A stretch of DNA of 64,000 bases, taken from the NCBI RefSeq assembly GCF_018977255.1, contig NW_024704742.1:23066001-23130000 (forward strand), given 5' to 3'. Origin of the DNA: Callorhinchus milii. Lineage: Eukaryota. The translations under genes and the position numbers were made by a program. Shown piece by piece: positions 13,310 through 24,382 of the stretch. The notes beneath the pieces were generated by a model. The model had not been told where the DNA came from and did not search any database. It worked only from the letters and a program-made list of their open reading frames with translations. Each line of letters begins with the position of its first letter. Positions within the stretch are counted from its first letter, which is position 1.

Positions 13310-13448
13310 CTATCACTCCTAAGGTGAAAGGTCTGCTAACTTTAGAGGAATGGGTTGCATATTCATCATCCAGAACAAGGTCAATGGGCTGTGATTTAAT
13401 ACTGGGATATAGTTTTGGAGTGTTGCTTTTAAAATGGGTGAAATTCTG
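13310..13448 (-). CDS. Internal exon QNFTHFKSNTPKLYPSIKSQPIDLVLDDEYATHSSKVSRPFTLGVI (phase 0 to 1)
   Basis: Acceptor ttctgttgtttgcag|cag (NAGNAG), donor TAG|GTAAGT. Open frame. Confidence 0.75.
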
Positions 13449-13986
13449 CTGCAAACAACAGAAAACATTGTTTAAAGACAAGTTACTTAAATAAGTCGTG
13501 ATACGATTACAATGTCTAATAATTCTTAAAGAAATTATGATTTTTTTTTAGATAATAGGGTAGCTGAAAATGTGGACGACTGTCCTATAAAGATTTGTGT
13601 AGCACATTAATACATTGACAGTGTGTTATTTAAGTGTTCGTCTACGGCAGCGTTAAAGTCGGACGTCGCTTTCACCCCAGATCAACAAGCAATAAGGTGA
13701 GAATTGTAGCCTGGACGTGGCAGCCACTTCAAACCATTTGCCCCAACTAGTTTATGTCAGTCTTTATACTCCACAGGAGCCTTCATCCCTCCTAATATGC
13801 CTCTCCAATACCCATCTCTTTACTTCTCCCTTGTAGGAAAGTCAGAATTATAGTGATTTGTAACCGGAATCGTGATTTCTTCCGGTATCTCTGTGGCGAA
13901 TCTCTGGAAGTTTGATCCGATTCGACTGTTTGTGGGAATGGAGTTCCACAGGTTGACATGCTTCCAGTTACTTGTATAACTTGCAG

Positions 13987-14074
13987 TTAATCCAGAGTCA
14001 CTTGTAGTTACAAACAAGTCCAGGAATGAATTAATCCAGAGTCACTTGTAGTTACAAACAAGTCCAGGAATGAA
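13987..14074. repeat. Perfect tandem duplication, 44 bp x2
   Basis: ttaatccagagtcacttgtagttacaaacaagtccaggaatgaa occurs twice in a row. Confidence 0.95.
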
Positions 14075-14107
14075 TTAGCATAACATGGACTACAATCTGC
14101 ATTCTGC

Positions 14108-14426
14108 GTGGAGTCCTGTAGCTCAGTGGTTAGAGCACTCGCTTTGCAAGTGTGAGACCTGAGTTCAATTCCAGGCAGGGCGAAACCTTGGGCAAGTTTC
14201 CTTACTCCACACGCCTAATAATAATCCCTCCAAAACAAAAAACAATAATAAATTGGTCATTTTCAATCTACGACTGTTTGTGGGACATTGCTGTGTGCAA
14301 TTGGCTGCCGCGTTCGCCCACAAATATACAGTCAATTCACTTTACAGTGTGTTCTGTGAAGCGCTTTGGGACGTCCTCCCGACGTGAAAAGCGCTATATC
14401 AAATGCAAGGATTATTATTATTATTA
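14108..14426 (+). mobile_element. Full-length tRNA-derived SINE
   Basis: Head, body and (ATT)n tail as at 7385. Confidence 0.9.
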
Positions 14427-14629
14427 CGCGTAACTCACTTGTGATATTCTATGAAAAATTTAAGATAAAGGACTGGCGGGATCTGCGGAATATAATAATA
14501 ATCCTTGCATATATATTTATTACATTTATATACATTATTATAAACACATCTCAGCTCCTCATGGACCCAGGCTCTATATTTGTAACCATTGCTTTCTCCT
14601 TTAACCTTTTCTTCTTCTCTAATACTTAC

Positions 14630-14734
14630 ATCCATTTTAAACTCCTCATGCTGCAGAAATGGTTGACTGTTCAGCTCTGTATCTTCATACGTTGATTCCA
14701 GGTAAATAGGCTCTTTCTTGGCAGCTTCCTTGAT
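14630..14734 (-). CDS. Internal exon IKEAAKKEPIYLESTYEDTELNSQPFLQHEEFKMD (phase 0 to 0)
   Basis: Acceptor ctgttttacag|, donor GAT|GTAAGT. 105 nt open. Confidence 0.75.
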
Positions 14735-14777
14735 CTGTAAAACAGATGGATGCCATAGATTACTAGGATTAAAACAC

Positions 14778-14902
14778 AAAATACTGCAGATGCTGGAAAT
14801 CTGAAACAAAAACAGAGATCGCTGGGAACACTCAGTAGGTCAGGCAGAATCCATGGAGAAAGGAAAGTTGGTCAACGTTTCAGATCCATGACGAAGGGAC
14901 CC
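14778..14902 (-). mobile_element. Penelope-like repeat fragment with scrambled hammerhead core
   Basis: Aligns by eye with 1957-2086; the CTGACGA side is locally inverted. Confidence 0.7.
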
Positions 14903-17900
14903 TGCTTACCTCCCCCCCCAAGGAGGATAATTTAATTTTATTTCAATTTAATAAGCAAGCTGTGAGGTGTTTCCAGAATGTACAAGCACATAGTAAAACA
15001 TGTGCTTTGGAAGAATTGGCTGCAGGAGTAGACATAAGGCAACATGCACAAGGTTGCCAATTACTTTGACATTATTGAGTAGAGTCACATGTGCTTCAGC
15101 ACATTAACAACCCTTAAGAGTGAAAGAAATGCTAAGCTGCAAATGTGCAAAAATCAAAGGGAAACAGCATTTTAGTTACATACAGCAAAACTACTAGGAA
15201 AATCCTTGTCTATAATTGTAAAAAATAAAATGTATTACCACAGTAAATTTATTATTAAATTCACGTACATTGCTAGATAACAGAACGACCGAATGACAGC
15301 ATTGTTCAAGATGTTATAAACAGCTCCGGCATAATATTGGTGCTTTATATATTTCACTGTGAGAAGACTGACTTGATTCTGAGGGAATACAACTCCAATA
15401 TTTAGAGAATGAAAAAGGGGCCATTTCACCTGCATTGATCATGAATGTATTGACTTGACTCATCTCAAATGGACCACATTAAACTTTCGCTCTCAAAGAC
15501 TCTCCTTAAATTACTCGCCATCCTGAGGGTTGTAGTAACGCTTCCAAAGAAGAAAAAATTTAAATATCTCCTTGACAACCTGAATGCAATCAAGCAAAAA
15601 AACCTCAACATATCGGTCTTAACGCCTGTGGAGGTTCCATTATATTTTACCCTGGTCTGTTGTGAAGTTTAACAGTTCTACGATTTTAATTTCCATGGGC
15701 AATTTGGGAAATCTAATTGAATAATGACCAAACACATGAGAGATGGATTGCTCAGGCAGTTGTGTGAGTCTGAAGAAGCTTGCCTTGCCAAGTTGCAAAA
15801 ATAAGAAAAAAAACTCCCTAAAAATATTACGTTAATTCAATATAGAATGTATTAACTTGAACAGTTGACTGAATCGGATATACACTGGAGATAATCAACT
15901 GCTAGATATTTTCACAGTATAACATGCATTGCCTGCAGCCTGTGTGAATATTTTCTTAGCAGCACAGCAAGTGGGGTATAGTTCATTTTCACAATAACCT
16001 GCATCATAAGTTCCTGATCCCAATCACTTCAATACTGCAGGCACTAAGTGAAGACCAAACGTTCGCTAACATGAGGGAGAAATAGAGACACAATTGCCAA
16101 GGACTCTCAAACTTTCAGCTATTGAGAGGCTGCAAGAGAGCTCCATCCCTGCCACAAAATCCCACTAGAGGTTCAGATAAAAAGAGCCCTTCAGTCTATT
16201 TAATCTTGTCCTTCCAGAACTGCTCGCCCAGGGCGTCTGCAACAAAAGACACTGCAGGAAGCAAAACAACTGGGGAATTTGAAAGAAATACTAAGAAAGT
16301 AGATGTTGTCTTCCTAGTTCAGTCATTTATTGTGTATATTCACCCAATACCTTGAGTGGCATGAGAATCCAGTGAAACAACTTGGACTCTTACAAGCAGC
16401 AACTATTAAGACAGTTTTATAGTCGATGGTGAAGCTGCTGCAAGCTGTCAGCACTGTGACCAAACACTGACTCACTAACATACAGATGCTCAGTGGAGGC
16501 AGGTGCACATTGTGCACTGAATTGTGGAGGCTGTAAATAAAGCTATTGAAAGTGATTCCAGTTTGCTCACCATTGTCATGTATTTGCTTTCTGATAAAAA
16601 AAACCCAACAGTTGTCGTGTCTGAGATGTTATATGATGACATTTAAGAATCTGTTCTTAAATGATCAACAAAAACTATTGTTTAATTCTGTCCACAAATG
16701 GAAAAACAGCAAATGCACACATTATTATTAACGGTATCAAGCTAAACCACACCAGGAGGGGAGACTCTGAATGAAGTCACTCGGATTTAATTTTCCCGTG
16801 GCTGATTTACAAATAACAGTCGTCCTTATGACTATATTGAAGAACGTGCATTTTATAATTTCTTATAAAAGAAAGTACATACTAACTGATCACCTCAAAA
16901 CATCTCAAAGCACTTCACGTGTGATTGCTCTTAAGTGCAGTTCTCTGTTTCTGAAGTTTCCACAACAGGAGAGGATATAATCACTATTTCGTAGGACTAC
17001 CCGAGCTATCGCCTGCTCTTAACTTATCCAGACTGGAAAAACACAGGGCCGTTTTGAGGGATCTTTTGTGGAAACGTAACATGCTGATAGCTATACCCCC
17101 GATCCAGTAACCAAATGGACAAAAAACCTGGAGCTGTAATCCTTCCAGCCAGCATGACCCAATCTTATAAAAAAAACACATTCTCTTTAGGGCAGATCAC
17201 GTGTAAAACTACTTAACATTTTAGGGGGATGTAAAGAGCCTTATACCTGATACACACTTTGTATTATAAGCAAATATAATGAAAACCCTAATGTGGAAAA
17301 TTCACTACACTAATGCCCACAATACAAAACCTGTCTAAAAACCTCTTTCTTTTCCTGCAGTTTCAGCCACCTGCCTCTTCTATCTTCCTCCCTCGGACTC
17401 CCATTCAGTCTTTTCACTTTGAGACATTTCCTATATGAAAGGTCCTATTTAAGGGCAAAATGCTGTAATTTTGATAATTTTATCCATTAAAGTGCAGTTC
17501 TGTACATTCTCAAATAGAAAAGAAGATGGTTGGATGCTTTGCTTTTTGGATCTGATAATATTAATTAACCTTTTTAACATTAATATCAATGTTCTTTTTT
17601 TAATTTGGGACACACATAAAATAAATTATGATTGAACACATCTATTTCTTAAAGCCTTTGTTATTGCCTTTCAATCTTTCCACATTGCTATTTTTCCTCT
17701 TACAGTGGATTTTACAAAACCATTACTTCATTTGCATTCACTGTTCTACTGTTTGTAACTATTGTACGTTGGCTCAGGAATGGTTATTATTCCTTCTCAA
17801 TTACAACATATACCAAACTGATTTAATTTTCCAAAGCTGATTTCCTTTTGGTTTAATTGATGTTCTGTGAAGTAAGTGCATTCACAAAGTTATTTCTATG

Positions 17901-18162
17901 CTAGCATTTATAGGGTTGGATAAAGGATTAGCATGTCGGAAACATAAGAGGGGGCAAGGCCATGGAAGAACTGGCCTTGAAGATGAGGACGAGAATTTTG
18001 AACTCGATCCTGTGACGGATGGAGAGCCAGTGGAGCCGGGCGAGGGTAGGGGCAATGGGGTCACTGCGCCTGGCGCGGGAGAGGACACGAGCTGCAGAGT
18101 TCTGGATGATCTGACCTACAGCTTATCGAGGGAAGAGTTGTGGAGGGAAGAGTTTCCACATT

Positions 18163-18255
18163 GCTATTTGTGGAATAAAGAGTAAATATGTATAAAGATA
18201 AGAGTAAATATGTATAAATGTCGCTATTTGTGGAATAAAGAGTAAATATGTATAT
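18163..18255. repeat. Short tandem duplication next to the donor of exon 18284
   Basis: gctatttgtggaataaagagtaaatatgtata x2 with an extra internal copy of aagagtaaatatgtata. Confidence 0.9.
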
Positions 18256-18283
18256 TTACTGTGTTGATTTGTTGCAAACTAAC

Positions 18284-18398
18284 GTCCACGGATGATGTAA
18301 TTAGGAATATTTGTCCAGAACACTGCCAGTGACTTGGGGGAGAGGTCAGGGTGCTGCCCAGGAGCATAAGCGAGAAATTAAAGTCAGTGTGCACAAGC
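18284..18398 (-). CDS. Internal exon LVHTDFNFSLMLLGSTLTSPPSHWQCSGQIFLITSSVD (phase 2 to 0); alternative in-frame acceptor at 18413
   Basis: Acceptor ggtttcag| (or cgctttag| 15 nt upstream), donor GAC|GTTAGT. It bridges the phases of the flanking exons. Confidence 0.55.
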
Positions 18399-18859
18399 CT
18401 GAAACCAATCATCCTAAAGCGGAAACTGACGAGACCTTCTGTACAAGCCACAAATGCTGTTTTGTTCATAACACATTCTGACTATAACTGAAGCGAATTT
18501 TCCACTTATATGAGTATTACAATTAGAGTGGGAGTCCAAATCCATTTTTTTCTTCCATGCAGCACGAGTAAGAACATGTCCAAGGATAATACACTAAATG
18601 GGACTGAAAACGTAAATGCAGAACAATTCTTTCCGATGCAAGATAGTAGAACAAAAGGACATACGTTTAATTTCGGGACAGACACCAGGAATTTTTTACC
18701 CAGAGCATAATTTAAGACTAGAATTCAGTCTTAGGCATCATTAGTACAATCCTCCCTCCTGTTCCTAACAAAAGAGAGCATTAGTCCGGTTATTTGTGGT
18801 GGCCAAACAGGTTACAGATGGACGAGAGGGAGGAAAGTGAGCAGAGGGGGAAAGCTCAC

Positions 18860-18937
18860 CTTGACTGCGAATCAACCTCCGACATCATTATCAATGGACG
18901 GAAATTCCTTGTGTTCTTAGACTTAAGGCTGCTGTTC
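18860..18937 (-). CDS. Internal exon NSSLKSKNTRNFRPLIMMSEVDSQS (phase 2 to 2)
   Basis: Acceptor tcttaactcttag|, donor AAG|GTGAGC. Only one frame is open. Confidence 0.7.
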
Positions 18938-19399
18938 CTAAGAGTTAAGATTGTGCAGAATTTTGGAAAATAATCTTAAATTCCCCCTTTATACAAAATC
19001 AATTTCAATTAAATATTTTCCAGAACTCCACGTGATTCAATGTTAAGACATTGTTCTGAATCCTCAGAACATGAGGAAATTTCAGGCCCGAGGTCAGCAG
19101 CAAATTATTAAAAATTGTAAGCTAGATGGATAGTAAAGATGGACAGTAAACAGCACAATTGGTGCAAGTAAATAAGGCTCATAAGCAGTGAGACAAATCG
19201 AAGAGCAATAGAAAACGGAACAAAAAGCAGAGTGCTGGAGTTGGACAGAGGGATCCAGATACAATGCACATGGACAAACAGGGATCAGAATAGGATAGGA
19301 ACAGATTGGTGACACAACGGATCGGTGGAAACATGAGATAATGCACAGGAAGAAAGACATAGGGGCATGACAAAAGGAAAGCAAATTAATGTAAGGATC

Positions 19400-20390
19400 A
19401 GAATGTGAGTACTTGAATTGATAAGCAGAAATAATTCACTCATTGTTTCTCGTGAAAACAATTCATTGAATAATGTTTGACTGCTTATTTATTTAATCAT
19501 TATTGCAGCAAACCAGGTCAGAGGGGAGTTCTTTAACTAATTCTGCAATTTATTTCAGTGAATACAATGGGGCAGGCAGAGATGAATGCAATTCAGCTGG
19601 AGGAAAATGGAATTGAGTAAGGGATTAGGGAAGAGAAATTAATTTATTGAAAGTTTAGGAGTTCATCTCAGTGAGGAGTATTTCAGGACTGTTGTTTTAA
19701 ACAATTTGGACATTCATTTATTAACCACTTCTAAAAGGGAGAAACTATTTAATACTATTGAAAAGAGAATCACGGGAAAGTTAGTGTCAGGAAATCTGAA
19801 AACAAAATCAGAAGTCGCTGGGAACACTCAGCAGGTCAGGCAGCACTGATGGAGAAAGAAAAGTGAGTCAACGTTTCGGGTTCACAACCATTCATCATGT
19901 GTTTATTTAACGATGTGGCAAGCATTTATTTAATAAAGTGAGATAAGATTGTCTGACAAGGTGAAAAGTGGAGATCAATATGTATTGTGCTTCAAACAAA
20001 GTGAGTCTGAAAGTCAATTAAACCATTACAAGCATTGCCTAACATGAAACAACAGACCAAAGGTGGCAAATCTTTTTAGTCCTTTGAAGAAAATAACTGA
20101 TCTCGTGTGAATTGGAAATTGGCCAGATTATTGACGGCAAAGGATAATTGTACACAGAACTGCAGCAGTATGGAAGGAAGGAACTAATGGGAGTGTCTCA
20201 GGGATCAGTGCTAAGGCTGATCCTATTTATACTGTATGTAAAATGATCTAGAAGTGGGAGCAGAAACCAAGCTACTTAGGTTTAATAATGTTACTAAACT
20301 GCGGAGCGTAAACTGTAAATAACAAGGAACAGAATGACTGAGCAATCTGGGTCAATAAAATTGTTGAGCTGGTAAGTGGCAAATGTCGCT
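19400..20390 (+). mobile_element. Highly degenerate CR1 RT fragment interrupted by a Penelope repeat; left edge uncertain
   Basis: GVSQGSVLRLILFILYV at about 20190-20245 matches the CR1 GVPQGSVLGPxLFxxYIND motif. Confidence 0.6.
19790..19898 (-). mobile_element. Penelope-like repeat fragment with degenerate hammerhead
   Basis: Minus strand reads TGATGA-A-TGGTT-GTG-AACCC-GAAAC-GTT-GACT plus the shared tail. Confidence 0.7.
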
Positions 20391-20499
20391 AGCAAGGAAT
20401 CCTGTCAGTAACCAACAGCATGGCAAGATGGCTCACGGGAATCCTGTGATCTACATTTGGTGCTTCAGAATAGGGATGCCTCAAGCCAGAACTACTAAC

Positions 20500-20969
20500 C
20501 TGGCGTAAAGGTTAGTCCGTGCACCTCACAAGCAAGAGGACCTGGGTTCAATTCCTGGGCGTGGCAAAACTCAGGCAAATTTCTTGTGGAGTCCTTTAGG
20601 GTATTGGTTAGAGTACTCGCCTCGCAAGTGAGAAGACCCAGGTTCGAATCCCACCAGGGCGAAACGTAAGGCAAACTTCCTTACTCCACACGCATTTGTT
20701 TACCTAGCAGTGAGTTGGAACCTGGCTGTTAGTCAATCGGCAGATCGTTTTCTGGGGGTAACAATCGCCCCCAAAAAAACAGTAATAATAATTATTTGGT
20801 CGTTCAATCTACGACTGTTTGTGGGACACTGCTGTGCTTAATTGGCTGCCATGCCTCAAAATACACAGCCAATTTACTTTACAGTATATTTTGTGAAGAG
20901 CTTTGAGATGTCTCAACAACATGATAAAATGCCATATCAAATGCAAGGATTATTACTACTATTATTATT
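20500..20969 (+). mobile_element. tRNA-derived SINE with a duplicated tRNA head
   Basis: Two consecutive heads (about 20500-20585 and 20586-20680), then body and tail. Confidence 0.8.
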
Positions 20970-21227
20970 CTTGGAACATAGGAAATGGTAGACAAAAAAA
21001 AACAAGATTCGCCTTCCACCATCCTAGCAGTCGCATGCACGTATCATGTCCTGAACTACTCAGCCATGACAAGCTGCCAGTTACCAGCAGGATTCCCTTA
21101 GTGACTCAGTCGCTGTTAATGAATTCCATAGCAAACCACCACCTTTTCCATTAGAAAGATTCAAAGCACATATTAAACAACAGGCACACACTAGTTTGTT
21201 CTGGAGTCAAGTGGCACATAGTAGTTT

Positions 21228-21535
21228 AGAACATAAGAATATAAGAATTAGGAGCAGAAATAGGCCATTCGGCCCCTCGAGCCTGCCCCACCATTCAATA
21301 AGATCATGGCTGATCTATTCTAACTCCACCTACCCGCCTTGTCCCCATATCCCTTAATCCTTTTATCCACAAGAAATCTATCAATCTCAGTCTTGAATAT
21401 GTTCAAGGACTGAGCATCTACAGCCCTTTGGGGAAGAGAATTCCTTAAATTCACTACCCTCTGAGTGAAGAAGTTTTACCTCAACTCAGTGCGAAAGGGC
21501 TTACCCCTAATTTTAAGACTGTGACCCCTGGTTTA
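21228..21535 (-). mobile_element. CR1 LINE 3' end. Other CR1 3' ends at about 10380-10500 (-), 31395-31490 (+), 43725-43950 (-), 52960-53150 (-) and 61460-61630 (-).
   Basis: Reverse complement resembles 55830-56138. Confidence 0.85.
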
Positions 21536-23239
21536 GGAAACATATGATTTATTTTGCATTGGTCCATCAAGTAAAAGTGATCGTTTCCCCATATAATTCT
21601 TCACACACACCCAAAACCTTTTTTTTTGCATCCAGATATAAATCAGTGCATTTTATTTAAAACATTTTATGAAGGTAATGGTCTGTGAGCTGCCAAGTTC
21701 AGCTCAATTTGACCACGTGCAAGATTCCCAGAATTTCCCAATATAATAAGGAGTGCTAAATGCACATGCACACATGATAAAAAATGAGACAGTGTGGACT
21801 TAAGAGCAGTAAATCTTGCTTGATAAATTGTTTTAGAGTTACAATACAAATTTACATTTAGTGCCTTTCACATCAGAAGACATCCTGAGGCTGGTCAATG
21901 CTGGTTTGACATCCAAGCTGGGGATAGAAGCTGATGGGGATGGAAGGGAAAAGTTGTACAGGCCTGAGAGCAATATCTGCCTATGTCTATGTAGCTTCAT
22001 TGCACTGTTACCTTAGCTGCCTTGGCAGTCAGCAAGGCAAACCATAGCGCTTATCCACTGTGAACAAGAAATTCTTTTGATACCACTGAGTACATTATTA
22101 TATACCCTTCAGTCTATAGACCACACAATAAAGCTATAGGAACCCTGGTGGCCAAAACATCAGGTTGTGTGAGTGTTAATCTGAAGGTCTCTCCATCACA
22201 ACTATTTTTCAAAATAAGCAGAAAATACATAGTTTACAGTCACTCATCTAACTTGAACTGTTGCAAAGTGTTTCTATGTATTTAAAATTTTTGATCTAAA
22301 TTGCCTTTGTACTGTAGAATGCTGTGCAACCTCTTGACTATCCACTTGTCTATTTATCTGCAGTTGAGTTCCAATACGCAAATGAAGCTGGGCTTCAATG
22401 ATTGCAGACATTTTAAGTTGTTAAATGCCAACAAGGTTACCGGGTACCTGGGTTTTCCCGAACATGCAAGGTGGCAATCTCATCCAAGGGAGTACGGGAT
22501 TAGGGAGAAACACCCAAACAAAAGGAAGAGTAGTTATTGGGCTCTTTACTGTATTATATTGGTGAGACAATACCAAATAAAGTCCTGACTCTGTGTTGTT
22601 GTTCACATAAATAGTTCATATTGAAATTATAACAGTGGGGGTCTATTCAATGTTTAGAGTAGTGAATGGACGCACATGGATGTGGCGAGCTCCTGAGATC
22701 TTCTCTTTGGTAAAGTCCATGATTCCAGGTCCAGAACTGGACTTCTGGCGCACAGATTTGGACATTTGATTTAATGAAAGGCGCTATACAAATATAATTT
22801 TGTTCTTGTTGTTGCTGTTGTTGTTAATAGAACATCTTGTTCACCAGCAGCTGAAAACCCAATGCACAAATCTATTGGCCACACACCTGGCTTCACCATT
22901 CAGTGGGCATCTGGCTCCCTCAGCATTAAATATTCTGACACAGATATTAGAACACAGTCTGTCAATACTGCAGCACACTGGGACCTCAAACTTATTGTCA
23001 GCTCAGACTATGATTAAATACACAATCGTCAGTAAGCCTAAGAGGCAGAGAAATTGTAGAGATTTCCCAGGTAAATTAGTTTCTAGCCATCATTTAAGTG
23101 CCTGCTTTGCCAGTCCACCAGTCGTTTTGTTAACTGCTATCTACCCGTGGAGCAGAGAGGAAACTTGCAACTTCCATTCCAAGTAGAAAAAATGGTCATA
23201 CTACTTAATTGTCCTCCTGTCTGTGTGTCTGCTGGCTCA

Positions 23240-23590
23240 CTGAAGATTGTGGGTTCAAACTCCACATTTGAACGTGGAACCCACATAATCCTTGCTGACA
23301 CTCCGATGCAGTGCTGGGGGTCTGCTGCATTGTCGGAGGAGCCGTTCTTCGGATGAGACGTTAAACTGTGGTCAGATGGACATTAAAAATCCCATTGGCA
23401 CTATTCAAAAAAGAAAGGAGTTTGTATGATGGCCAACAATCCCCTAAATAAAATTGGTCAATCACTCCATAGCTGTGTGCAAATTCCCCTAAAAAATAAA
23501 CAGTCACAGCACTTTACAGTAAATCCTGTGAGCACTTTGATATGTCTCAACAACATCAGATGCTATATCAAATGCAAGAATTATTATTTA
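23240..23590 (+). mobile_element. Deu-domain SINE (SacSINE1/AmnSINE1-like). Other copies at about 7880-8170 (+), 27750-27890 (-), 35830-35990 (+), 38790-39040 (+), 48820-49060 (+), 56245-56410 (+) and 63300-63660 (+).
   Basis: Deu core tgcagtgctggggg...tgtcggagg..ccg..cttcggatgagacgttaaac...cccat.gcactattc is recognisable. Confidence 0.8.
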
Positions 23591-24349
23591 TGTCAGTGGT
23601 GATTTTACCAAGTGAAGGGAAATGGCATCTTTTGTTTTTACTTGACTCTCGATCAGGTTGGTCCAACCTTTCGGCTGTTGAGGATCGGATGCTGGATTTG
23701 AGAAATATCAGCAATATTTTTATGTTTCCCTTTTTATGTTTCCCAGAAGCTCAACCCATAAGAATCATAAAGAAACCCTGTTTTAAATTGTGGAACTGTA
23801 TTACTTAATTTTACTATATTTTAGTTCCGATACAAACTTTAAATAAGCAATGTAAAAATTCACAATTTTAAAACAATACACTACTATCAATAAAGTAAAT
23901 ATACACAAGAATAATTATTAAATCCACAGTAAACAATGCAAGTGAAAGAAATAATTAAATAAATTAAAATAGTAGCCCTAACAATGGACAAAATAATGAT
24001 AATCTCAAATGGAAATAATATATGCATCAAGTTAATGTTAAAGATAAATGATTAAAGATACTGTATCAACTCAGCATATGGGGTCTGAGGAATTCAAGGC
24101 ACCAAGTACAAGACAGGTGCTAGGACCCAGGTAGGTGCCATTTAGCCACACGGCTTGGTAGCCCAGCAGAGTGGGCAATAAGCCTGGCATTGTGGAATGA
24201 AGTCATGGAGACTGAAATTGGACACCTGGGTACAGGGATTGAGGGTCGATGCAATGATAATGTGCAACCTGGGCAATGGGGGACATGAGTAACTGAGCCG
24301 CAGGTATTGGGTGCAGAAATGGTGGACGGGTGAGATGAGCGCGCGTATC

Positions 24350-24382
24350 TTCATGCGGCCCGTGGGCCGCCAATTGGCCCAC
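24350..24382. mobile_element. hAT/Charlie-like transposon terminus remnant
   Basis: Palindromic GCGGCCCGTGGGCCGC...TTGGCCCA is typical of hAT subterminal sequence; the other end was not located. Confidence 0.4.

Noticed and set aside
14108..14185. tRNA-Ala-like sequences
   Set aside because: These are SINE heads: no proper acceptor stem, and each is followed by SINE body and tail.
16640..16780. Possible Helitron/PIF1 helicase start (NLFLNDQQKLLFNSVHKW)
   Set aside because: No Walker A motif follows in any frame, so the resemblance is too weak.
17898..18185. 95-aa acidic ORF on the plus strand
   Set aside because: It is the antisense reading of an L2 RT fragment.
22012..22057. Minus-strand exon candidate with good splice sites
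   Set aside because: Stops in all three frames.
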